This document shows positions 11,145-19,744 of a stretch of 64,000 bases of DNA, piece after piece. Every line of letters starts with the position of its first letter. The first letter of the stretch is position 1. Below the pieces are notes generated by a model that searched no databases, had not been told where the DNA came from, and saw nothing but the letters and a program-made list of their open reading frames with translations. A program made the position numbers and the translations under genes. Source of the stretch: TPA_inf: Saccharomyces (Eukaryota); the NCBI GenBank assembly GCA_000146045.2, contig BK006946.2, positions 640,001 to 704,000 on the forward strand, written 5' to 3'.

Positions 11145-11910
11145 ATGACCGTTAAGACAGGTATGTGAGACATAAACAAGGAACTGAACGGGTTATGACG
11201 ATTTTCGAACTTATAAAGGGGTTTACCCCAAATACGAGAAGAACATGAGTGCATTGAAAACTTAAAAGGAAACAAAAACAAGAATATTATATAATTTTGA
11301 GTGATTAATGACCAATGGAAATAGCCAGAGGAAAAATACCATTTAATATGCATACACAGGCTTATCTCTTCACTCCTATCTAAAAAACTATTGTGTTTGA
11401 AGATGAGGTCCATTTTACAAAAAGAATAGTATTGCGAAAACGCCTTCAAATGGAACATTTTAGTAGTTGCACCATTGTAAGAATTGCCATGGAAAACAAT
11501 CACAAAAAGATGCTATACAAAGCCGTACATTATACGTCACTTCCCGCCGACACATATACACGTGTATATGTATGCCTATTTCACATGTTACTAACTGAAG
11601 ACAACCTGTGTCCTTATATTTAGGAATTGCTATTGGTTTAAACAAAGGTAAGAAGGTCACTAGCATGACCCCAGCTCCAAAAATCTCTTACAAGAAAGGT
11701 GCTGCTTCCAACAGAACCAAGTTCGTAAGATCTTTGGTCAGAGAAATCGCTGGTTTGTCTCCATACGAAAGAAGATTGATTGATCTAATAAGAAACTCTG
11801 GTGAAAAGAGAGCTAGAAAGGTCGCCAAGAAGAGATTGGGTTCTTTCACCAGAGCCAAGGCTAAGGTCGAAGAAATGAACAACATCATTGCTGCTTCTCG
11901 TCGTCACTAA
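11145..11910 (+). CDS. RPL36A: Cytosolic ribosomal protein L36A (eL36), spliced: exon 1 11145..11160, intron 11161..11623, exon 2 11624..11910, giving 100 aa
   Basis: Exon 1 ATGACCGTTAAGACAG is followed by GTATGT. The branch point TACTAAC is at 11589..11595 and the 3' TAG at 11621..11623. The spliced product MTVKTGIAIGLNKGKKVTSMTPAPKISYKK...AASRRH matches Rpl36ap exactly. Confidence 0.95.
11161..11623 (+). other. RPL36A intron, 463 nt
   Basis: GTATGT 5' splice site, TACTAAC branch point 29 nt upstream of the TAG 3' splice site. The 143-aa antisense ORF 11072..11503 in the track lies inside it (dubious YMR193C-A). Confidence 0.9.
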
Positions 11911-12593
11911 GTTTCTAAAAACTGATTTTTGTAATATATATATAGATATCATATTTTCTTTTTAACTTAGGAAAAAATAACACCAAAAAAAAAACCACCA
12001 ATACTTTCACACATGAGAGGGCCTAGAGTAAAGTACCACTAGCCATGCAAAAAGCCCATGTACTGAGCTGATAGTCGTTACCAACCCTACATTTTTTTTC
12101 TGAAGCAATATAAGTGTTACCCGAAAAGTATGAATATTATTTTTTCTTCGTACCGTTATATCTTTTTCTGGTATATAAAGCGGTGAGTTTAGAAGAAGTT
12201 CCTGTGGTGCAAGAATCTTTATTGGTATTTAAAAAATCTTTTCTTTTCCTTTTTTTGGTTTTTTGAAAAAGGGTAATAATGTCTTTTATAATAGACACCC
12301 AGAGTCACGATTCGTCTTGGTTTTAGAGATTCTGTTTCGACAGTTTTTTTAGGCGGTGGACGTATATAGTTTACTTAATCGTTTACTATACGGTGGAGTA
12401 CTAATACTATTTCACTGTCGTGCTCGCGGTTGATCTTAGATAAATATATTTCTTTTTCATAAAGAAAGTGAGTGGATCTTCCCTGGAAGTACGAATAATG
12501 TACTTATGATTAGATTCTCTTCACGCACATACCTTTTTTTTTTTTTCAATTGCTAGTTCATACATACGTAGAAAGAAGGGCCAATTGGAAGCC

Positions 12594-12887
12594 TCAACTG
12601 TCCCCTGGTGTAAGCTTTCGCTGTTTCATCTTCAACTCAAGAAGCGAAGGTAGCGGACAGCAGGGTGACCGTGAATCTTTTCCATTGTCATTGTAAAATT
12701 TTGAGCAGCAGATGTACAGCTGATCTATAACTTTAGCGCATTTAGCATCATCGTACTGATGTGATAGAAGGCAATCTAAAATTAATGTGAAAAAACGTTA
12801 GTGAAAAGAAAAAAACGATCGAATCTTTTGAAGTTAATATTACAAACCTTGGATGGCGCAGGCCTCCTTCTGGCATGGATTAGACAT
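12594..12887 (-). CDS. CMC4: Twin Cx9C mitochondrial intermembrane-space protein, spliced: exon 1 12848..12887, intron 12776..12847, exon 2 12594..12775, giving 73 aa
   Basis: Hand translation of the minus strand gives MSNPCQKEACAIQ|DCLLSHQYDDAKCAKVIDQLYICCSKFYNDNGKDSRSPCCPLPSLLELKMKQRKLTPGDS* with two Cx9C pairs, matching Cmc4p (YMR194C-B). The intron is 72 nt, with 5' site GTTTGT, branch CACTAAC (plus-strand gttagtg at 12797..12803) and 3' TAG. Confidence 0.82.
12776..12847 (-). other. CMC4 intron (72 nt) with non-consensus 5' splice site and branch point
   Basis: Reading the minus strand gives ...ATC CAA G|GTTTGTAATATT...TTTTCACTAACGTTTTTTCACATTAATTTTAG|AT TGC. This is the only in-frame way to join the two exons before the TAA that follows in unspliced exon 1. 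Confidence 0.7.
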
Positions 12888-14033
12888 ATTTACCTCTTAT
12901 TTGAACAAATCTCAACAACTAAAAAAACGCTCAATATCTTGGAAAAAAAGAACAGTAATATTCTGTCTCTCCACACCCTCTTCTGAACTCTCATATACAC
13001 CCCATGGGTGAAAAGTAATATCCGTAAAAGTCTCGCTAACGGATGACGTTAACAACGCACGCCCGCTCCTTGCGAAATTTATTGTGGGGACGTCGTTCAC
13101 GTGCAAAAGTCGCCAAATATTAGCGACGGGCAACATCGGAAAAACTCTGCGCCCGCGATTCCGATTGAGATGTGTAATTTGTAGTATTGAACGTGACAGG
13201 AAACAAAAAATATCAAAACGCTAGCAAGGTTTAAGGGGAGGGGTGAAGAACGAACGATAGGATACTGCACAAATCAGCAATTAAGAAACAATATACAAAA
13301 ACCCCCAAAGTGGTCATGTTAAGGAGGGCATTTTTCCGCATGGAAACGAAACGTGGGCATGACGTGGAAGCGATGATCCGAGCGCTTCTGCTACTGTGGT
13401 GACCACCGTACCAAAGGAGGGGTAATAAGACCCTGTGCCCTTTGCCAGCATACGTGTTACCCCCCTCAAAAAGAGCTGGCTGTTCGAGCTAGCTGCTCTT
13501 TCTGTTGCCATTCCCGTACCAAGAGCGCCCCGTAGCTCGATTTTCAGCACCTTGGTGGATATCAGGGGAATTTTACCGCCGCAAGCGATCAGCGTAGAGT
13601 GCGCACAGAAAACAGACAGAAATGACTGAAGCGGATGAAAAAAAATTTTCTGGCGCGGCCCAATCTCCGCGGAAGAGTCATTCCGTGAAATGAAAACAAA
13701 AGACGCGCATAGTAGGAGAAAGATTATGCAGCTTGATAGCGGGTTATCATACCAGCGTTAATGACACCTTCAAGTGGGTAAAGTACCCTTTGTTATCGTT
13801 TTCTTGGCTACGCGGATAGACTAATTTAATTGATATATATGTAGCTAGACACGTTCATAATTTTTATGCTCTAGTGCATGTGCCTCTTACTCATTATTGT
13901 CAAAAATTTTTGCATGTAATATTTGTTTTCCGTAGTCATTCAGCACTAGCCTGTTTGTTAATATATATAGATAGACAAACTAATGACAAGGAGAATTGAA
14001 TTTCTCATATAACACATACAATAAAACCAAGAA

Positions 14034-14417
14034 ATGTCTTCAAACTATGCCACTCCTTTAGACGATGAGGTGTTTCCCTTATCTTTTGCCAATTATCAAT
14101 TTACCGAGCATGTGTCACTTGGTGAGCATTATTCACTCAATACTTCGGAAGATGCCAAATATAATAATTTGAATGGTCCTTTCGTGGTACCGAGAGACAC
14201 CGGGAAGTTCGATTTGAACACAAGTTCTGCCTCGGACGAGACTGTGTTCTCGTTAGATAACCCTCAAGAAAACAACTACAAACACCAAGCCATGAATAAC
14301 GTCCAGGATTGTCGCATGGCCGTCGCGGCCAAAACTACCCAGTCGTGTGATAAATTGACCGATCTTTATGCCAATGCCGCCCAACAAAACTACAGATTGT
14401 GGCTGTCTTCATTTTAG
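14034..14417 (+). CDS. ICY1: Icy1, small protein of unknown function, 127 aa
   Basis: ATG 14034 verified. 127 aa. Position matches YMR195W. Confidence 0.85.
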   Translation: MSSNYATPLDDEVFPLSFANYQFTEHVSLGEHYSLNTSEDAKYNNLNGPFVVPRDTGKFDLNTSSASDETVFSLDNPQENNYKHQAMNNVQDCRMAVAAKTTQSCDKLTDLYANAAQQNYRLWLSSF

Positions 14418-14915
14418 AATAACGATTAAGGAATGATAATCAAAAGAAAAAAACAATCTACCTACATATATATGCACTCAACATACATAAATACACACGC
14501 ATTATTGTTTCTATAAACTTCCAACAGACAATATTCCCATACAAACATCAACTAACTGATTTCCTCTTCATACGCGTTCGCTTCACGTGATGTTCCTTTT
14601 CCATTGAAAGGAGAGCTCATCACAAGAGTTACAATGGGAGTGGCGGCGCACCGTCTGCTGACAAGAATAAGTGTAAGACCAGCTACCGGAAGAAAAAAGA
14701 AAATAAAATGGATACTCTGTGTCTCCGAATGCCCCTATTTGTTGTATCCATTGATTGTTATCCTGTCTTCTTCTTTCTTTAGTTTAAATCTTTAGCGATT
14801 CAGATCCAATTGAACAAAAAAAAGGCTAGATCAAAAATAAGGGGTAAAACATCATCTTGCGGGGCTAACCCAGATCAAAAGCGGCAAGCCAAGAAAACCT
14901 GTTTGATAACACTGT

Positions 14916-14936
14916 AATATATATATATATATATAC
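14916..14936. repeat. (AT)10 microsatellite in the YMR196W upstream region
   Basis: atatatatatatatatatat run seen directly. Confidence 0.85.
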
Positions 14937-15075
14937 TATACGATCGTACCTTGGTATCCACCGCTTTCTCAGCACCTCCAAATTTCTAAAGTGCAACTAA
15001 AGAGTCTTGTCAAGTATTCTTTTACTAGTGTTAAGACCTTGTATTGGTAAGAGATAGCAAGTCTAAACAGCAACA

Positions 15076-18000
15076 ATGAACAAGCTAAGAGACAAATTTG
15101 TAGATTCTACAGTAGAAGAAGAAAGATTGCGTGAAAATCGAAATCATGAGAAATACTGGTATCGTTGGGGTCCCTACTTGAGTGAAAGAAGCTGGGCGAC
15201 AGTCCGTGAAGATTATTCTTTAAACGGTGATGCTTGGAGCAATTTTCCTTTCGAACATGCCAATGCAAGAGTATTCCGTTGGGGTGAAGATGGATTATTT
15301 GGTGTCTCAGATAACAAACAATTGGTGTGTATGAATGTCGCTCTGTGGAACGGTAAAGATGAAAGATTGAAGGAAAGGTTGTTCGGGTTGACTGGGCCAC
15401 AAGGGAACCATGGTGAGGATGTTAAGGAATTGTACTTTTACCTGGACAATACTCCCACTCATTCATATATGAAAGCTTTATACAAGTATCCCTTTAAAAA
15501 GGCCTTTCCATACAAAGAATTGGTGCAAAAGAATGGTGAAAGGGGATACGAGGATAAAGAATTCGAAGTTTACGATATAGATGGGCTATACCGTGATAGT
15601 GAAACCGGTGACAACCCTTATTTCGATGTTTTTTTTGAAATGGCAAAGGATGACGAAAACCCTAGTGAACTGAACTTTCGGCTAACTATACATAATCGAA
15701 GTAAAATCGACTCTGGTGAGCTCTACATAGCTCCCCAACTTTTCTTCAGAAATACTTGGGCTTTTGACGGTACTAGAACAAAGGACAAGCCCTTGCTTGA
15801 AAGAGATGCAGAAGCAGCGAACTTAATCAATATGACTCACAAGAAATATGGTAATTGCCAAATGGTCTTTCAGCCATCTCCAGGTGGGTTCTCTTCCGGT
15901 ACAAACGAGGAAGAGGAAGATAAAGAGGTAGAAGATATAGATCCTCTGCTGCTATTTACCGATAATGAGTCCAATTTAGTAAAACTATTTAACGAAGAAA
16001 AGAATCCTTCCGAGTACACAAAGGATGCTTTTGAAGAATATCTTGTTCAAGGCAAAACCGATGCTGTAAATCCTGAAAATAAAGGAACAAAGGCCTGCGC
16101 AGTATATCACTTCAAAAATATTCCGCCCGGAGAGTATGTTACTGTGAGATACAAATTTACAAATGACCCAAAAAACTCTATCTTTAAGGCACAAAACCTG
16201 GCTGTCGTAGATGAAGATGAGTTTGATTTGATTTTCGATAACAGAGAGGAGGAAGCTGATAACTTCTACTGGAGGATTACACCTTTGCCAATCAGTGATG
16301 AATTAAGAAACCTTCAAAGACAAGCTTTTTCTGGTTTGCTATGGACTAAACAGTTCTACAATTTTACATATGATGCTTGGTATAATGGTGACGCCAATGT
16401 TAAGCCTCGCCCTCCCCCTAATAGAGCTAATGGCAGGAACAAGAACTGGAAGCACCTTTACATCGAAGATATCTTATCAATGCCCGACAAATGGGAGTAT
16501 CCATTTTTTGCTTCATGGGATACTGCGTTTCACTGCATTCCTTTAGCTATGATTGATCCAGAATTTGCAAAACGGCAATTGGATTTATTAACCAGAGAGT
16601 GGTACATGCATCCTAACGGTCAAATTCCGGCATACGAATGGAACTTCAATGACGTAAATCCACCAGTCCATGCATGGGCTGTGTATCGTGTTTTCAAGAT
16701 CGAAAGAAACATGTACAACCGTGAAGATCGTACATTTTTAGAACGAGTTTTCCAGAAGCTTTTGTTAAATTTTACATGGTGGGTCAACAGAAAGGATACT
16801 GAAGGTAAAAATGTTTTTGAGGGCGGATTTTTGGGTCTTGATAATATTGGCGTTTTCAACAGATCAGAACCACTACCCACTGGCGGTACGCTTGAACAGG
16901 CTGATTCTACAGGTTGGATGGCCTTTTTCAGCCTTCAAATGCTAAATATTGCATTAGAGCTCGCCAAAGAAAACCCGGTTTATGAAGATATTGCCTCTAA
17001 ATTTTTTGAACATTTTATCTTAATCAGTGACTCTATGTCCTTTGAATACGCTACTGATATTACGGGAGAGAAATGTAAAGAAGTTATCAAACAAAACCTA
17101 TGGAATGAAGCAGACAAATTTTATTACGATGCCATCTCTTGGGGTGACCACAAGGTGCAACTACCAATAAGATCTCTCGTGGGATTGATCCCACTATATG
17201 CTTCTATGACTTTAGAGCCTAGTATCATAAAACAATTCCGCGGTTTCAAGAAGAGGGTTGATTGGTTTGTGAACAACCGTCCAGAAATCTTTGATAGAAA
17301 CATTGCGTCCATGTCAAAAAAAGGAGTGGGAGAAAGACTACTTTTATCCCTAGTTACTAAGGAAAGATTAACAGCCATACTGTCACGTTTGCTGGATGAA
17401 ACTGAGTTTTTGTCACCATATGGTATTAGATCTCTTTCCAAATATCATGAGAAGCACCCATTCGAAATGAATGTAAATGGTGTCGAATATATGGTCAAAT
17501 ATTTGCCGGGCGAATCAGACTCGGGTATGTTCGGCGGTAATTCTAACTGGAGAGGGCCCATTTGGTTTCCTACCAGCTTTTTAATAATGGAAGCATTACA
17601 AAGGTTTTACCTGTACTACGGTTCCGACTTCAAAGTAGAGTGTCCCGTAGGTTCAGGAGATTATTTGAATCTTGCTGAAGTTGCCGAAGAACTTGGATAT
17701 CGTATGATTCACTTATTTGTTCCAGACGAAAACGGGGAGCGCGCCATTCATTATGGTGATCACTCTAAGTTTCTGTCTTCTGATCCATATTTCAGGGATT
17801 ATGTGCCATTTTTTGAATACTTTGACGGTGATACTGGAAGAGGGCTTGGCGCTTCACACCAATGTGGTTGGACTGCTCTTGTGGCCAAATGGATAAGTGA
17901 TGTAGGTATATCCTGTGTAAGACTACCTCGTACGCCAAGATCATCTGTGGCAACGACCGCTTCAACAGAGAGCTCTGAGCAAGGTCCCAAAATGAAGAGA

Positions 18001-18342
18001 ATGGCAAGACGTAAGAGTGCAAAGTCTTTGGTAAACTACACTGCCACCATTTTGGACTTAACCGAAGAAGAAAAGCGCCATCATAGGATAGGGGGCACCC
18101 ATTCTGGGTTGACACCACAAAGCAGCATTTCAAGTGACAAGGCTAGACATTTGATGGAGGAAATGAATGAAGAGGAAGGTATTCACGAAACTGTGGTACC
18201 TGAAGATCGTCACAACTTTGAAACCAAGCTTATAGGCAAGCTAAAAGATAAGGTGAAAAATATGAAAGTAACTGACAAGGCTAAAGATGAGGATATAGAC
18301 CCAATGGACCCAATGAGTCCGTTGAATAAGGATGTGTCTTGA
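15076..18342 (+). CDS. Uncharacterised 1088-aa protein with a glycoside-hydrolase family 63 / mannosylglycerate-hydrolase-like (alpha/alpha)6-barrel C-terminal region
   Basis: ATG 15076 verified. 1088 aa. Position and length match YMR196W. Aromatic-rich stretches typical of GH63-like catalytic domains are present (WDTAFHCIPLAMIDPEFAKRQLDLLTREWYMHPNGQIPAYEWNFNDVNPPVHAWA, GGFLGLDNIGVFNRSE). Confidence 0.85.
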   Translation: MNKLRDKFVDSTVEEERLRENRNHEKYWYRWGPYLSERSWATVREDYSLNGDAWSNFPFEHANARVFRWGEDGLFGVSDNKQLVCMNVALWNGKDERLKERLFGLTGPQGNHGEDVKELYFYLDNTPTHSYMKALYKYPFKKAFPYKELVQKNGERGYEDKEFEVYDIDGLYRDSETGDNPYFDVFFEMAKDDENPSELNFRLTIHNRSKIDSGELYIAPQLFFRNTWAFDGTRTKDKPLLERDAEAANLINMTHKKYGNCQMVFQPSPGGFSSGTNEEEEDKEVEDIDPLLLFTDNESNLVKLFNEEKNPSEYTKDAFEEYLVQGKTDAVNPENKGTKACAVYHFKNIPPGEYVTVRYKFTNDPKNSIFKAQNLAVVDEDEFDLIFDNREEEADNFYWRITPLPISDELRNLQRQAFSGLLWTKQFYNFTYDAWYNGDANVKPRPPPNRANGRNKNWKHLYIEDILSMPDKWEYPFFASWDTAFHCIPLAMIDPEFAKRQLDLLTREWYMHPNGQIPAYEWNFNDVNPPVHAWAVYRVFKIERNMYNREDRTFLERVFQKLLLNFTWWVNRKDTEGKNVFEGGFLGLDNIGVFNRSEPLPTGGTLEQADSTGWMAFFSLQMLNIALELAKENPVYEDIASKFFEHFILISDSMSFEYATDITGEKCKEVIKQNLWNEADKFYYDAISWGDHKVQLPIRSLVGLIPLYASMTLEPSIIKQFRGFKKRVDWFVNNRPEIFDRNIASMSKKGVGERLLLSLVTKERLTAILSRLLDETEFLSPYGIRSLSKYHEKHPFEMNVNGVEYMVKYLPGESDSGMFGGNSNWRGPIWFPTSFLIMEALQRFYLYYGSDFKVECPVGSGDYLNLAEVAEELGYRMIHLFVPDENGERAIHYGDHSKFLSSDPYFRDYVPFFEYFDGDTGRGLGASHQCGWTALVAKWISDVGISCVRLPRTPRSSVATTASTESSEQGPKMKRMARRKSAKSLVNYTATILDLTEEEKRHHRIGGTHSGLTPQSSISSDKARHLMEEMNEEEGIHETVVPEDRHNFETKLIGKLKDKVKNMKVTDKAKDEDIDPMDPMSPLNKDVS

Positions 18343-18544
18343 TTAACTGCGGTGAACCTTCAATATCTGTACGTTTGAAAAATATTTCCAACGATATACC
18401 TCTATATTTTGATCTATAGAATATTTAATTGCAGTAGTTTTTTATCAGTAAGGTAGCGTTGATATTACTAGTGAAGGTAACTCTATAGTTCCTTGACATG
18501 TTCTTTAGATTCTAGAGGTTTTTTATTGAATTTGTTTTCCCACC

Positions 18545-19198
18545 TTATTTAAACTTTGAGAACAAAACTAGCAAAATCAATAATATAAGGACTGCGATAA
18601 TGGCATAGCTTATGAATTTATTAGCAACTAGCCTTCTAGTCATTGTTTTTAGTGTCTTTATACTTTTATCCACATATGAATCCGCTTGAAACAAGGTCTG
18701 TCTTGCATTTTCCAAAGTTTCTCTCTGTGACCTTAAATCCATCATTATTTGTGACCCTATTCCTTCAGTTTCATTTGCTATTCTACTGGCATCTTTTAGT
18801 CTATCTCCCGATTTCTGTAAGATTGCATGGTTGCTCAACAACTGTTGCCTTTGGTCATCGTCAATATTAGATGCGTTAAGATCTCCAAAAAGTCTATCAC
18901 GATCGCCTGAGTCTACTAAGGATTGCAGTGGTCGTTTGATATCGCTCTGTATAGTCTTCTTCCATTCTCTTAACTTCGCCTTGTACGTAGCACGTTCTGA
19001 GGCATCGCCTATGCTGTTATTAACTTCTACATCCATCTGATCTAGCAGGTCAAACAACTCATCTTGTTGCTGTTCTACGTGCTTCAGTGTAGTATTTCTC
19101 TGTGATAACGGTTGTGAGGGGGCCTCTGCTAAGCTCGCTTTGGCTTGTTCTAAGGTTGTTTTGAAGTCAGATTCGTATGATATTAATAGGGAACTCAT
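18545..19198 (-). CDS. VTI1: Qb v-SNARE Vti1, 217 aa, tail-anchored
   Basis: ATG 19198..19196 verified. SNARE heptads are followed by the C-terminal transmembrane anchor ISYAIIAVLILLILLVLFSKFK. Confidence 0.92.
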   Translation of the reverse strand: MSSLLISYESDFKTTLEQAKASLAEAPSQPLSQRNTTLKHVEQQQDELFDLLDQMDVEVNNSIGDASERATYKAKLREWKKTIQSDIKRPLQSLVDSGDRDRLFGDLNASNIDDDQRQQLLSNHAILQKSGDRLKDASRIANETEGIGSQIMMDLRSQRETLENARQTLFQADSYVDKSIKTLKTMTRRLVANKFISYAIIAVLILLILLVLFSKFK

Positions 19199-19598
19199 AG
19201 TAAGCCATGCAGCAATGTAAAGAGTGCGGTTGATTCGTTTTATACAACTTAATGTAAAGCTTTACACTTTTCCAAGAATAGTAATTGCCCTATATAGCAC
19301 GACTACTCCACTCCTAACTTTCATTGAAAATTAGACAGTCATGTGATCAGTAATATCGTCCATAGTGATATTTGTTTGTTTACCATTTTTGTTCTTATTT
19401 ACTCTCTAATATGATTCTAGTATATGAAAGATACCACTGTCGTAGCTCGTATCAAAATAAAACTAGTCAGTCGTTGACCATTGAGCATATCGTCCGAGAA
19501 TAAGGCTTTACTGTATTATTTTTTGATATCCACACGTTATTGAGCTCATTCACTGATCGACACATTTAGGCGGCTTTTCCGTTTGGCTGAAGCAACTT

Positions 19599-19605
19599 TG
19601 AAACA
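19599..19605 (+). promoter_or_regulatory. Pheromone response element TGAAACA (Ste12/Kar4) about 145 bp upstream of the CIK1 ATG
   Basis: Exact TGAAACA match. CIK1 is a known pheromone-induced gene. Confidence 0.4.
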
Positions 19606-19744
19606 CAACTACGACATTATAATTAAGCGCCTAAATAAGTGAATTTTGTGCCATAGGGTTGGACCGTGTATATATAAGAGCTATTCACTATTTTAATATT
19701 TGTTTTGGCATTTGAAACTCGTTGACATAAGCTTTATTATTAGG

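Noticed and set aside
12527-12532. Plus-strand acatac (minus-strand GTATGT) near CMC4, first taken for its 5' splice site
   Set aside because: It lies 3' of the CMC4 stop codon (12594..12596) on the minus strand, in the 3' UTR. The real intron is 12776..12847 further upstream.
19700-19744. ORF-track start codons for CIK1 (19700), RAD14 (26939) and HFA1 (43894)
   Set aside because: These are TTG, GTG and TTG respectively. The ORF finder translates alternative starts as M. True starts were reassigned to ATG 19745 for CIK1 and to the exon-1 ATG 27044 across the intron for RAD14. For HFA1 the whole open frame is reported with a note on non-AUG initiation.
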